Source of the DNA: Candidatus Omnitrophota bacterium
Lineage (GTDB): Bacteria; Omnitrophota; Gorgyraeia; Gygaellales; Profunditerraquicolaceae
Assembly: GCA_030693145.1 (NCBI GenBank)
Contig: JAUYBI010000049.1
Coordinates: 7,305 to 71,304 of the forward strand
Reading direction: 5' to 3'
DNA: 64,000 nt
In this document: one piece after another, positions 1 to 9,800 of the stretch
Layout of the letters: every line of letters begins with the position of its first letter
Numbering within the stretch: the first letter of the stretch is position 1
The notes under the pieces: model-generated
Seen by the model: the letters and a program-made list of their open reading frames with translations, nothing else
What the model was told of the DNA's origin: nothing
Databases searched by the model: none
Program-made: the position numbers and the translations under genes

Positions 1-785
1 GTGGGGATATCGAGAATTATACAGGTTATCAATTTATCAGCGGCCCGGAACTGACGCAAAAGTTTGAAGAACATATGCGCAAATACGGCATTGCGCTTAA
101 AGAAAATGAAGAGGTTCTAGGGCTTAAGAAAACTAATGAAGTATTCTTAGTCAAGACTAATAAAGCAGATTATCAGGCCCATAGCGTGATTGTTGCCTCC
201 GGGAAAAAATCAAAAGAGCTGGGGGTTCCGGGGGAAAAAGAATTCAAGAATCACGGTTTGACCTATTGCGCTACCTGCGATGGCCCATTGTTTGCCGGCA
301 AGGTTGTGGCGGTAATCGGGGGCGGTAACTCTGCGCTGGACGCTGCCCTGCAACTGATAAAAATCGCCAAGCAGATCTATATTATAAACAATACAGAGCG
401 GTTGGCCGGGGATGCGATTATGCTCCAGAAGATCCAGGAAGCCGGCAATGTTACAATTTTAAATAATCATCAGATTAGTGTTATTTTGGGAGATAAATTT
501 GTCCGGGCGATTAAAATTAAGCATAAGGATCAGGAAAAAGAGTTAGCCATAGAGGGAGTATTTGTGGAGATTGGGCTTATTCCTAACTCCGGATTCCTTA
601 AGGACATAGAAAAGAACGCTCGGAATGAGATAAATATAAATTTAGATAACCAAACCAATATCCCGGGAATATTTGCCGCAGGTGATGTTACTAATGTTTT
701 AGAGAAACAGATTATCATTGCCGCCGGAGAAGGTGCAAAAGCCGCTTTAAGCGTTTTTCGTTATCTGTCTCAGAAAAAATTTTAG
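1..785 (+). CDS. trxB: thioredoxin-disulfide reductase (5'-truncated at window edge)
   Basis: Open frame from position 3 with no stop before 785. Translation ...IENYTGYQFISGPELTQKFEEHM... followed by GLTYCATCDGPLF redox-active CxxC and GGGNSALDAALQL NAD(P)-binding motif, typical of TrxR/AhpF C-terminus. Confidence 0.8.
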   Translation, partial: GDIENYTGYQFISGPELTQKFEEHMRKYGIALKENEEVLGLKKTNEVFLVKTNKADYQAHSVIVASGKKSKELGVPGEKEFKNHGLTYCATCDGPLFAGKVVAVIGGGNSALDAALQLIKIAKQIYIINNTERLAGDAIMLQKIQEAGNVTILNNHQISVILGDKFVRAIKIKHKDQEKELAIEGVFVEIGLIPNSGFLKDIEKNARNEININLDNQTNIPGIFAAGDVTNVLEKQIIIAAGEGAKAALSVFRYLSQKKF

Positions 786-874
786 AAAATAAGTTGCGGG
801 TAATTCAGGCAGTGGTACAATTAATGTATGCATGCGGCGGGGATAATGCCTTTATTTAAAGGGAGGAAAATAAG

Positions 875-1096
875 ATGAGGGAGAGAATTGAAAAGGCGCT
901 GGATAAAGTCAGGCCGATGTTAATGGCTGATGGCGGGAATGTGGAATTAATTGATGTTACGGCTGAGGGAGTAGTTAAATTAAAACTAAAAGGAAGCTGC
1001 GGGTGCTGCCCGATGAGTTCGATGACTTTAAAAAATGGGATTGAAAAGATCTTAAAGCAGGAAGTTCCGGAAATAAAAGAAGTCATCGCTTTATAG
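875..1096 (+). CDS. NifU-like (Nfu) Fe-S cluster assembly domain protein
   Basis: 73 aa; GSCGCCPMS motif and NifU C-terminal domain pattern; RBS GGGAGGAAAATAAG upstream. Confidence 0.75.
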   Translation: MRERIEKALDKVRPMLMADGGNVELIDVTAEGVVKLKLKGSCGCCPMSSMTLKNGIEKILKQEVPEIKEVIAL

Positions 1097-1109
1097 AATA
1101 AATTTTACC

Positions 1110-1916
1110 ATGGTGCTTCAGGATAAGCTTAATCGCCTTAAGCGTATAATTCTTGCGTATAAATCAACTCTCGTAGCATTTTCCGGAGGCCAGGACAGCG
1201 CGTTGCTGCTAAAGATTTGCGCGTTGGTGTTGCCGCCGGATAAAATTCTGGCCGTTACCGCTGTTTCGGCTACTTATCCTCAAGGTGAGCTAGCCAAGGC
1301 AAAAATGCTGGCTAAAGAGATCGGGGTAAGGTTTGAGGCAATCAATACCCGTGAGCTGGATAATAAAAAGTTTGTGGCTAACCCGGTTAAACGCTGCTAT
1401 TTTTGCAAGCAGGAGCTTTTTTTAAAGTTGATTGCTATTGCCAAGCAGAATAAATTGCATTCTGTTTTGGAGGCAAGCAATCTTTCCGATAAAAAAGATT
1501 ACCGGCCCGGAAATATTGCTAAGCGCCAACTTAAAATAAAATCACCTCTAATCGAAGCGGGTTTTAATAAAGAGGATATCCGTAGATTAAGCAGGAAGCT
1601 GGGCCTTTCCAGCTGGAATAAGCCGAGCCTTGCCTGCCTGGCTTCACGTATACCTTACGGCACTAAAATTACTGCCGGCCTGCTTAAACGTATTGATCAG
1701 GCGGAGGTATATTTGAGCAGCTTGGGTTTTAAGCAGGTGCGTTTACGCCATTATAATGGCCTTTGCCGTATTGAAGTGGATAAAAAAGATATCCCCCGCC
1801 TGTTAAAGAAGCGCCAGGCGGTAGTTGAGCGTTTAAAAGATTTAGGGTATAATTATATCACCTTGGATTTAGAGGGGTATCGTACGGGCAGTTTAAATGA
1901 GGTAATTGCTAGATGA
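1110..1916 (+). CDS. PP-loop ATP pyrophosphatase family protein (LarE-like sulfur-insertion ATPase)
   Basis: SGGQDSALLL PP-loop (SGGxDS) near N-terminus, ~268 aa, conserved C-terminal region of TIGR00268/LarE-like proteins; sits between nfu and nifS. Confidence 0.6.
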   Translation: MVLQDKLNRLKRIILAYKSTLVAFSGGQDSALLLKICALVLPPDKILAVTAVSATYPQGELAKAKMLAKEIGVRFEAINTRELDNKKFVANPVKRCYFCKQELFLKLIAIAKQNKLHSVLEASNLSDKKDYRPGNIAKRQLKIKSPLIEAGFNKEDIRRLSRKLGLSSWNKPSLACLASRIPYGTKITAGLLKRIDQAEVYLSSLGFKQVRLRHYNGLCRIEVDKKDIPRLLKKRQAVVERLKDLGYNYITLDLEGYRTGSLNEVIAR

Positions 1917-3085
1917 AAAAGGTATATTTAGATTATGCGGCAACTACGCCTACGGATCCGGAAGTTATCGCGGCGATGGAACCGTATTTCTTTGAGAAGT
2001 TTGGCAATGCCTCAAGTTTGCATGCTTACGGCCAGGAAGCCAAGAAAGCTCTTGAGGATAGCCGCCAGACACTGGCGGATTTTATCGGCGCAAAACCCGA
2101 GGAGATTGTTTTTACCTCCGGCGGCACAGAGTCGGATAATTCTGCGCTTTTAGGTGTGGCCCACGCTTTAGAGAAAAAGGGCAATCATATTATTACTTCG
2201 GAGATTGAGCATCATGCTATTAGTGAACCGGCGAATTTCCTGGAAAAGAAAGGGTTTAAAATTACTTATCTGGGAGTAGATAAAGACGGACTGGTTTCTG
2301 TCGAGGACTTAAAGAAAGCAATTACCGATAAAACTATTCTGATCAGCGTTATGCACGCGAATAATGAAATCGGCACGCTTGAGCCGATTGCGCAATTAGG
2401 CAAGCTGGCCAGAAATAAAGGAATTTATTTTCATACGGACGCAGTACAGACCGTGGGGCATATTCCGGTAAATGTCGATGAGCTGAATGTGGACCTTTTA
2501 TCGCTTTCAGCCCATAAGTTTTACGGGCCCAAAGGAGTGGGGGCTTTGTATATTAGAAAAGGCACGCGTTTAGAAACATTCTTGCGCGGCGGAGATCAGG
2601 AAAGAGGCCGGCGCGCTTCCACGCATAATATTACCGGAATAGTGGGTTTAGCTTGCGCCATTGAGCTTTGTAAAAATAAAATGGAAGATGAGATTAAATT
2701 TCAGAGCGCCCTGCGCGATAGATTAATTAAAGAAATCCCTGTTAGAATTCCTGAGGTTAGGCTTAACGGGCATCCTACGCAAAGATTGCCCAACAGTGTA
2801 AATTTTTCCATTAAATACATCGAAGGCGAATCCATGCTTTTAAGCCTGGATATGTTGGGGATTGCCTGTTCTACCGGCTCCGCCTGCACTTCCAGCTCTC
2901 TTGCGCCATCGCATGTTTTATTGGCGATTGGTTTAGATCATGAGACGGCGCACGGTTCTCTGAGGATTACCCTGGGGCGCTGGACCCGCCAGAGTGATAT
3001 AGATTATCTTTTGGAAAAATTACCTCTGGTTGTGCAAAAGCTGCGCGCCATGTCCCCGCTTTACCCTTCTAAAGAAAATCACTAA
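1913..3085 (+). CDS. nifS: cysteine desulfurase (NifS/IscS class)
   Basis: 390 aa; SAHKFYGPKGVGALY PLP-lysine motif, C-terminal active-site Cys loop GSACTSSS; start overlaps upstream stop (ATGA). Confidence 0.85.
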   Translation: MKKVYLDYAATTPTDPEVIAAMEPYFFEKFGNASSLHAYGQEAKKALEDSRQTLADFIGAKPEEIVFTSGGTESDNSALLGVAHALEKKGNHIITSEIEHHAISEPANFLEKKGFKITYLGVDKDGLVSVEDLKKAITDKTILISVMHANNEIGTLEPIAQLGKLARNKGIYFHTDAVQTVGHIPVNVDELNVDLLSLSAHKFYGPKGVGALYIRKGTRLETFLRGGDQERGRRASTHNITGIVGLACAIELCKNKMEDEIKFQSALRDRLIKEIPVRIPEVRLNGHPTQRLPNSVNFSIKYIEGESMLLSLDMLGIACSTGSACTSSSLAPSHVLLAIGLDHETAHGSLRITLGRWTRQSDIDYLLEKLPLVVQKLRAMSPLYPSKENH

Positions 3086-3092
3086 TGAAGAA

Positions 3093-4049
3093 ATGAAAGA
3101 AAAAATACTCGATTATTTAAATAAAAAACATGATTATCTTTCCGGGGACCAGATCAGCAAACATCTGGGGATTAGCCGCCAGGGTTTATGGAAGCACATC
3201 CAGGAGCTCAAGGATTCCGGTTACCAGATAGCCGCTGTCCCGCATTTAGGCTATCGCCTTGAATCTTGCCCGGACAGGCTTTTTGTTTTTGAAGTCGCTC
3301 GCTCCCTGAATACAAAATTTGTCGGTAAGAAGATTCATTATTTTGATTATCTGGCTTCTACGATGGATTTCGCCATGCAATTGGGTGTGGAGGGGGCTGC
3401 GGGCGGCAGTTTGGTGTTGGCGGAATCGCAAATTAAAGGCCGCGGTAGATTAGGCCGTAGCTGGTTCTCGCCCAAATACAAAGGAATTTATCTTTCTTTA
3501 ATTTTAAGGCCTAAGATTCTGCCTGCTGCTTGCCCGATATTAACTTTAATGAGCGCAGTAAGCATCTGTGAGGCGGTAAAAGAGGTTATTGATCTGGATG
3601 CGCAGATTAAGTGGCCGAATGATGTGCTGATCCATAATAAAAAGGTTGCTGGTATTTTGACGGAGATGAATGCGGAAGTGGATAAGGTGAATTTTGTGGT
3701 GATCGGTATGGGTTTGAATGTAAATAATGATAAGAAATCTTTGGTTGCCCAGGCTACTTCATTAAAGGAGCAGCAGGGTGAAGAAATAAGCCGCGTGGTT
3801 TTATTGCAGGAACTTTTGCGCCGGATAGAAAGCAATTATCTTCTCCTGGAAGATAAGGGAAGCAGTGAGATCATTAATAAATGGCGTAATTTTAATCTTA
3901 CTTTAGGTACGCGCGTTAAGGTTTGTTACCAGGATAAACATATCGAAGGCCAGGCCACCGATATCGATGCCGATGGCTCCCTGCTTATCCGTAAAGACTC
4001 CGGGTTGATTCAAAAGATTTCCAGCGGAGATGTAATGCACTGCCGGTAA
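3093..4049 (+). CDS. birA: bifunctional biotin--[acetyl-CoA-carboxylase] ligase / biotin operon repressor BirA
   Basis: N-terminal wHTH (LSGDQISKHLGISRQGLWKHIQEL), biotin ligase core (GRGRLGRSW, KWPNDVL), C-terminal SH3-like domain; likely start ATG 3093 (MKEKIL) rather than ORF-track 3030. Confidence 0.85.
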   Translation: MKEKILDYLNKKHDYLSGDQISKHLGISRQGLWKHIQELKDSGYQIAAVPHLGYRLESCPDRLFVFEVARSLNTKFVGKKIHYFDYLASTMDFAMQLGVEGAAGGSLVLAESQIKGRGRLGRSWFSPKYKGIYLSLILRPKILPAACPILTLMSAVSICEAVKEVIDLDAQIKWPNDVLIHNKKVAGILTEMNAEVDKVNFVVIGMGLNVNNDKKSLVAQATSLKEQQGEEISRVVLLQELLRRIESNYLLLEDKGSSEIINKWRNFNLTLGTRVKVCYQDKHIEGQATDIDADGSLLIRKDSGLIQKISSGDVMHCR

Positions 4050-4068
4050 TGTAAACCGTTAGAATAAT

Positions 4069-4123
4069 GGGACCGTTTCTATTTTTCAATCAAGTTAGAC
4101 GAAAGAAAAATAGAAACGGTCCC
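4069..4123. repeat. palindromic hairpin element GGGACCGTTTCTATTTTT/AAAAATAGAAACGGTCCC (copy 1)
   Basis: 18-bp perfect inverted repeat with ~19-nt loop read directly from sequence. Confidence 0.8.
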
Positions 4124-4258
4124 AAGTTTTTCCTAGTTTTTATTTTTAGTTAGATTTCCCCTCTTTTTGCGTCAATTATAGTAGAAGGGGGGATTTTTTA
4201 TGCCAAAACAAGGCAGTAGCTTTTTAATAATAAATAAAAAGTTTCGGGAGGCGCAAAT

Positions 4259-5275
4259 ATGACGAAGATGGTGAGTAGCGAGTATTTAGGTTTATTAAAA
4301 GCAGTCCGGGAACGCGTCCGTTCCGCGCAATATAGCGCGTTGAAAGCGGTAAATAAGGAATTGATACATCTTTACTGGGATATTGGCAAGATGATTGTTG
4401 AACGGCAGTTTAAGCACGGATGGGGCAAAGCTATTGTGGAAACGCTGGCGCGGGATTTGCAAGCGGAGTTTCCGGGGATGCAGGGATTTTCTGCCAGGAA
4501 TATCTGGTATATGCGGATATTTTATGTGACATACCGGAAAAACGGAAAACTGCAACCATTGGTTGCAGAAATAAGCTGGACGAAACATTTGATAATTATT
4601 GACCGTTGCCGCGATGATTTTGAGCGTGAATTTTATATTCGCATGACCCGTAAGTTTGGCTGGACAAAAAATGTCCTGATTCATCAGATAGACAATCAGG
4701 GCTACAAGAAGACAATGGTTAATCAGACGAATTTTGATAAAGCTCTTCCTGAAAAAATTAAAAATCAGGCAAAACTGGCAGTTAAAGATGAGTACACCTT
4801 TGATTTTCTGGAACTTGGAGAAAAGCATAGCGAGATGGAGCTTGAGCGGGCATTGATTGTTAAAGTTAACCAATTTCTTGTTGAAATGGGCGGTACTTTT
4901 GCCTTTATGGGGAATCAGTTTCGGCTGGAAATAGACGGTGAGGAATTCTTTATTGATATTTTACTTTATCACAGGCGGCTTAAACGTCTTGTGGCGGTTG
5001 AGCTCAAGGTGGGTAAATTTCTACCGGAGTATGTAGGTAAGATGCAGTTTTACCTTGCGGCGTTGGACAATATGGTTCGGGAAAAGGGCGAGAATACTTC
5101 TATTGGGATCATTCTTTGCAGAGATAAAAAACGCACGATTGTTGAATACGCACTTAAAGAGAGTAAAAAACCTATTGCGGTTTCTCAATATCGGATTACC
5201 TCGACTTTACCGAAAAACTTACGGAAAGAATTGCCTGCGCCTGAGCAGATACGAAAGCTATTTAATGAGATTTAA
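4259..5275 (+). CDS. YhcG/DUF1016 family protein (PD-(D/E)XK nuclease-like C-terminal domain)
   Basis: 338 aa; N-terminal YhcG_N-like region and C-terminal DUF1016/PDDEXK-like region (EIDGEEFFIDILLYHRRLKRLVAVELKVGKF = D...E-L-K motif). Confidence 0.6.
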   Translation: MTKMVSSEYLGLLKAVRERVRSAQYSALKAVNKELIHLYWDIGKMIVERQFKHGWGKAIVETLARDLQAEFPGMQGFSARNIWYMRIFYVTYRKNGKLQPLVAEISWTKHLIIIDRCRDDFEREFYIRMTRKFGWTKNVLIHQIDNQGYKKTMVNQTNFDKALPEKIKNQAKLAVKDEYTFDFLELGEKHSEMELERALIVKVNQFLVEMGGTFAFMGNQFRLEIDGEEFFIDILLYHRRLKRLVAVELKVGKFLPEYVGKMQFYLAALDNMVREKGENTSIGIILCRDKKRTIVEYALKESKKPIAVSQYRITSTLPKNLRKELPAPEQIRKLFNEI

Positions 5276-5410
5276 GGAATAAGTATGTCACAAAAGAACA
5301 ATATATTGAATTTGTAGTTGATGGCAGTATAATAAATACGCAGAGGCTGCATAGGTAGCAGTTTATCGGTAATCAAGCTTTTGTTCAGGAATCAGAACAG
5401 CTGAAACAAT

Positions 5411-5461
5411 GGGACCGTTTCTATTTATCATTGCAGGGATTGGAAAAATAGAAACGGTCCC
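5411..5461. repeat. palindromic hairpin element (copy 2)
   Basis: GGGACCGTTTCTATTT...AAAAATAGAAACGGTCCC, same arms as copy 1. Confidence 0.8.
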
Positions 5462-5563
5462 ATTATTCGGTAATGTAAACCGTTAAATAAAATTAAGTTG
5501 ACAATAGCCCCACTCTGATTATACTAAATTTAGGGAGTGGGGATTTTTTTTAAAGAGGAGACT

Positions 5564-6481
5564 ATGGAAAAGAAAGATATTGATAAACTTTTGGAATTGC
5601 CTTTAGCCGAACTTATTGCCAGGGCGGATAAGGTACGCAAGCGGTTTGCCGGCAATAAGGTTGAGCTGTGCAATATACTCAATGCCAAGAGCGGTTTATG
5701 TCCTGAGGATTGCAAATTTTGCGCTCAATCCGCTAGGCATAAAACCGGCGCAGGAGCGTATCCTCTAAAAAGCAAAGCGGAGATGTTGGAAGCGGCAAGG
5801 CGCGCCAAAGAGATAGGGGCGGAGAGATTTGATATTGTGACTAGCGGGGATAAATTATCGCCGGAAGATTTTGGCGTTATTGTCGATGCAATTAGGGCCA
5901 TAACCGCGGAGGTTAAAATCAAGATGTGCGCTTCGTTGGGGAGCCTGGGAGATAGAGAGTTCTCTTTACTTAAAGAGGCCGGGCTTTCACGTTATCACCA
6001 TAATCTTGAGAGTTCCCCTCGATTTTTCCCAAAGATAGTTTCCACACATACGTTTGAGGATAGGTTAAAGACGATTAAGGCCGCTAAGAAGTCTGGCCTG
6101 GAGGTTTGTTCCGGAGGCATTATCGGCATGGGTGAAACAATGGATGACCGGATTCAGATGGCGCTGATTTTGAAAGAGCTAAAAGTTGATTCTGTTCCGC
6201 TGAATATATTAGTTCCGATAGCCGGAACACCATTGGCAGATAATCCGGTCTTGTCTGGTGAGGAAGTAATCCGAACCATTGCGATCTTTAGAATTATTTT
6301 GAAAGATAAAATAATAAAAATTGCCGCAGGCCGGGAATCGATATTCAAAGATTTTCAAGCCTTAGGATTTATGGCGGGAGCAAACGGTATGCTTATCGGC
6401 GGGTATCTGACGATTAAAGGAAGGTCTGTGGAAGAGGACCGCAAACTGGTTGACCAGGTTGAGAAATTATGGCAGGCATAG
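5564..6481 (+). CDS. bioB: biotin synthase
   Basis: Radical-SAM CxxxCxxC (CPEDCKFCAQS), ~305 aa, biotin synthase-like C-terminus; start MEKKD after AGGAG RBS. Confidence 0.9.
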   Translation: MEKKDIDKLLELPLAELIARADKVRKRFAGNKVELCNILNAKSGLCPEDCKFCAQSARHKTGAGAYPLKSKAEMLEAARRAKEIGAERFDIVTSGDKLSPEDFGVIVDAIRAITAEVKIKMCASLGSLGDREFSLLKEAGLSRYHHNLESSPRFFPKIVSTHTFEDRLKTIKAAKKSGLEVCSGGIIGMGETMDDRIQMALILKELKVDSVPLNILVPIAGTPLADNPVLSGEEVIRTIAIFRIILKDKIIKIAAGRESIFKDFQALGFMAGANGMLIGGYLTIKGRSVEEDRKLVDQVEKLWQA

Positions 6482-7620
6482 AAGAATTTTTAAAAGAGAG
6501 GCAGGAGCAGGGGTTGCTTAGGAGATTAAAACCCGCCTCTTTGCGCCTGGGAGGTAAGATCTATTTTGAAAATAAAGAATATGTTGATCTTTCCTCCAAT
6601 GATTATTTGGGATTATCCAACCATCCGGAACTAAAAAAAGCGGCAATTGCGGCAATGGCTAAATTCGGCGTGGCCAGTTGCGCTTCACGGTTATTAAGCG
6701 GTGATTCAGCACTCTTCCGGGAGTTAGAAGATGCGGTAGCCAGATTCAAAGGCAAAGAAGCGGCTCTTGTCTTTAATTCCGGCTATCAGGCAAATGTCGG
6801 CATTATCAGCGCGCTTTTTACAAGAGGAGATTGTATTTTTTCCGACCGGCTTAATCATGCCAGCATTATTGACGGGATACTTCTGTCGCAAGCCAGAATC
6901 TTTCGTTTTCAGCACAATGATCCTGGGCATCTGGAGGCGCTTTTAAAAAAAGAAAGAGCTAAATTCAAGAACGCCTTGATTATCAGTGAATCGATTTTTA
7001 GCATGGATGGCGACAGGGCGCCGCTAAAAGAATTGGTGGGATTAAAAGAAAAATATAATTGCCAAATTATGGTTGATGAGGCGCACGCAACCGGGGTTTT
7101 TGGAGAGAATGGAAGCGGTTTGGTTGAAGAGGAAGGATTAAGCGCGAGGATAGATTTGATTATGGGTACTTTTAGCAAAGCCTTGGCTGGTTTCGGAGCC
7201 TACCTGGCTACTTCCCAGAGTATCGTTGATTATCTGGTGAATACCTGCAGGAGTTTTATCTATTCTACCGCCTTGCCTCCGGCGGTGATTGCCGGTAATT
7301 TAGCCAGCCTGAAATTGATTAAGGAAGAGCCGTACCGGCGCAAAACACTTTTGTCGATGGCGAAAATGTTGCGCGATAAATTAAAAGAAAAGGGTTTTTG
7401 TCCTAAAGGCGCATCACAAATTATCCCGTTAATCCTGGGAGATAATTTAAGGGCAGTTGAATTTGCCAAAAAAGTTCAAGAGCAGGGTTATTGGGCTTTA
7501 CCGGTAAGGCCTCCGACCGTACCTGCCGGGCAGGCGCGCTTAAGGCTTTCCTTGAGCTATGATCATAACCAGGAAACTTTAAATAAACTAATCGATGTTC
7601 TCTCTGCAATCAGAATTTGA
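6469..7620 (+). CDS. bioF: 8-amino-7-oxononanoate synthase
   Basis: 383 aa class-II aminotransferase; PLP-lysine region GTFSKALAGFGAY; position in bio operon. Confidence 0.85.
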   Translation: MAGIEEFLKERQEQGLLRRLKPASLRLGGKIYFENKEYVDLSSNDYLGLSNHPELKKAAIAAMAKFGVASCASRLLSGDSALFRELEDAVARFKGKEAALVFNSGYQANVGIISALFTRGDCIFSDRLNHASIIDGILLSQARIFRFQHNDPGHLEALLKKERAKFKNALIISESIFSMDGDRAPLKELVGLKEKYNCQIMVDEAHATGVFGENGSGLVEEEGLSARIDLIMGTFSKALAGFGAYLATSQSIVDYLVNTCRSFIYSTALPPAVIAGNLASLKLIKEEPYRRKTLLSMAKMLRDKLKEKGFCPKGASQIIPLILGDNLRAVEFAKKVQEQGYWALPVRPPTVPAGQARLRLSLSYDHNQETLNKLIDVLSAIRI

Positions 7621-8296
7621 ATTCCGCGACCGGGGTTTTAAGGAGACTTTAGTCTTAATCCCCGGTTGGGCAACTGACTGGCGGATATTTGATGGTTTGG
7701 AATTAGATTATAATTACCTTTTGCCAACCAAGCTAGATACTTCTGATTTTAATCGGCAACTTTTAAGCCGGATGGAGCAACTCAAAATCAGCAAGGTCTC
7801 TGTGCTTGGTTTTTCTTTAGGTGGGTTTTTAGCCACCGAGTTTGCCTCTGCCTATCCTGAGAAAATAACCAAACTTATTCTTTTAGGCGTGCGCAAGTGT
7901 TATACACCGCAATTATTGGGAAATATTAGAAGCCAAATTCAGTCAGACCGGCGGCCCTGGCTCTATAAATTCTATCTTAATTGTTTTTCCAAGGCGGATG
8001 TCTGTGGCCGGGAGTGGTTTAAGAAGAATTTATTAAAAGATTATCTGGATAAGTTAAGCTCCGATGAACTCATCCAGGGGCTGGATTATTTAGCCGCTCA
8101 AACGTTAAACCTCAGGATTCTGAAAAGGATAGAGGATATCAGTATATTCCACGGCAGCGATGATTTGATCGCGCCGGTAGAGGGGGCTTTAGAGATCAAA
8201 GCGGATTTACCACAAGCCAAATTTATGCTGCTTGCGGATAGAGGGCATCTGTTTTTCTTAAGCGGTGATTTTAGGGAAAGGTTCTACCATGGATAA
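7595..8296 (+). CDS. bioH: pimeloyl-ACP methyl ester esterase (alpha/beta hydrolase, BioH-like)
   Basis: GFSLGG nucleophile elbow (GxSxG), ~230 aa, between bioF and bioC. Confidence 0.7.
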   Translation: MFSLQSEFEFRDRGFKETLVLIPGWATDWRIFDGLELDYNYLLPTKLDTSDFNRQLLSRMEQLKISKVSVLGFSLGGFLATEFASAYPEKITKLILLGVRKCYTPQLLGNIRSQIQSDRRPWLYKFYLNCFSKADVCGREWFKKNLLKDYLDKLSSDELIQGLDYLAAQTLNLRILKRIEDISIFHGSDDLIAPVEGALEIKADLPQAKFMLLADRGHLFFLSGDFRERFYHG

Positions 8297-9053
8297 GTCC
8301 AAGATTGCCAATAATTTCTCCCGCTACGCGCATCTTTACGATAAATATGCCGCTGTGCAGAACCAGGCCGCTTTTAAACTGGCAACTTCTTTAAAAAACG
8401 ATAATTTTTCCAAGATCTTGGAGTTGGGTTGCGGAACAGGCAATTATACGCTTATGCTCCGGGAGAGGTTTACCCACGCAAGAATCAAGGCCGTGGATAT
8501 TTCAGAGGAGATGATTTCCTTAGCGCAAAACAAATTAAAGCATAAAAATATTGAGTTTATGGTTGCGGACGCAGAAAAGATAATTCCGGATAAGGATTTT
8601 GACCTGATTACCTCCAACGCCTGTTTCCAGTGGTTAAATGATCTGGCTAAAGCCCTGCGAGGATACGCGAAATCACTGCGCCGAGGAGGATTTATTAATT
8701 TTTCAATATTCGGCCCGGATACTTTTTGTGAATTGAATACGGCATTAAAAAGCGTCCTGGAAGAAAGCCGCCTGGATTCAGTTTATTTTTGTAACCGCGC
8801 CAGCCTCAAGGAAATGCTTAAAGATAATTTTAAATCTGTAAAGGTAAATGAGGTTTGCTATAAAGAAAGCTTTGGGAGCCTGAAAGAATTATTGGAGAAA
8901 ATAAAATATTCCGGGATTAGGGGAAACGGTTTAAGCAAAGAAGTTTATTTTAGCCGCGGGTTGTTAGAGAGGTTGGAAAAGGCGTACCGGGATAGATTCC
9001 AGGAAATTGGCGTTACTTATCAGGTATTTTTTTGCCGGGGAGAAAAACGATGA
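8289..9053 (+). CDS. bioC: malonyl-[ACP] O-methyltransferase
   Basis: SAM-MTase motif I LELGCGTGNYT; ~254 aa; ATG 8289 overlaps bioH stop. Confidence 0.8.
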   Translation: MDKSKIANNFSRYAHLYDKYAAVQNQAAFKLATSLKNDNFSKILELGCGTGNYTLMLRERFTHARIKAVDISEEMISLAQNKLKHKNIEFMVADAEKIIPDKDFDLITSNACFQWLNDLAKALRGYAKSLRRGGFINFSIFGPDTFCELNTALKSVLEESRLDSVYFCNRASLKEMLKDNFKSVKVNEVCYKESFGSLKELLEKIKYSGIRGNGLSKEVYFSRGLLERLEKAYRDRFQEIGVTYQVFFCRGEKR

Positions 9054-9125
9054 CCCATTCGACGCGGCCGCCGACGGCGGCCTTGCTCAGGGTCATGGTG
9101 AACAAGTGAAACGAGTTGAACCATG
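9051..9125 (+). repeat. dispersed intergenic repeat (copy A, bioC-bioD junction)
   Basis: TGACCCATTCGAC...TTGCTCAGGGTCAT..TGA.C...GAGTTGAACCATGA; 5' TGA is the bioC stop, 3' ATG is the bioD start. Confidence 0.8.
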
Positions 9126-9800
9126 AAGGGGATATTTATTACCGGCACGGATACCGGGGTAGGTAAATCCATAGTTACCGGGCTTTTGGCGAAATATTTA
9201 CGGGAAAAAGGCTATAAGGTAGTAACTCAGAAATGGGTGCAGACCGGCAGCCGTTTTAGCGCGGATATTAATCTGCATCTTAAAATCATGGGTGTATCTA
9301 AAGGCGCAATTAAAGATCATCTTGATTGCGTTTGTCCTTACATATTTAAACTGCCTGCCTCTCCGCATTTAGCCGCCAAAGTTGAGAATAAAAAAATCGA
9401 TATCGCCAGGATCAAGCAAAGCTTTAAATCATTATCCGCAAAATTTGATTTTGTGATTGTCGAGGGGATTGGTGGTTCGCTGGTCCCGTTAAATGAAAAA
9501 CGTTTGGTGATTGATATCGCCAGGGAGCTTGGCCTGCCGGTGTTAATAGTAGCGCAAAATAAATTAGGCGCGATAAATCATATCCTGATGACTATTGAAG
9601 TTTTAAAATATAGAAAGATGAAAATTTTGGGCATAGTGTTCAATAATTGCCCAGGCCAGAATAAATTAATCCTTCGGGATAATCCGGAGATTATCCGGAA
9701 AATGACCAAACAAAACATACTGGGTGTTTTACCCCGGAATAATAGGCTGGGTTTATTATACAAAAAATTTTTACCGATAGCCGCAAGGATAATCTTATGA
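9123..9800 (+). CDS. bioD: dethiobiotin synthetase
   Basis: P-loop GTDTGVGKS at N-terminus, 225 aa. Confidence 0.85.
   Translation: MKGIFITGTDTGVGKSIVTGLLAKYLREKGYKVVTQKWVQTGSRFSADINLHLKIMGVSKGAIKDHLDCVCPYIFKLPASPHLAAKVENKKIDIARIKQSFKSLSAKFDFVIVEGIGGSLVPLNEKRLVIDIARELGLPVLIVAQNKLGAINHILMTIEVLKYRKMKILGIVFNNCPGQNKLILRDNPEIIRKMTKQNILGVLPRNNRLGLLYKKFLPIAARIIL

Larger units (their letters stand above)
4044..5484. mobile_element. putative inserted cassette (direct repeat - hairpin - yhcG - hairpin - direct repeat)
   Basis: 18-bp direct repeat CGGTAATGTAAACCGTTA at 4044-4061 (includes birA stop) and 5467-5484; just inside each are near-identical palindromic hairpins GGGACCGTTTCTATTT..AAAAATAGAAACGGTCCC (4069-4123, 5411-5461). 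Confidence 0.35.

Noticed and set aside
4295-4873. 192-aa reverse-strand ORF inside the YhcG gene
   Set aside because: Entirely antisense to a well-supported forward CDS, low-complexity translation, no RBS; shadow ORF.
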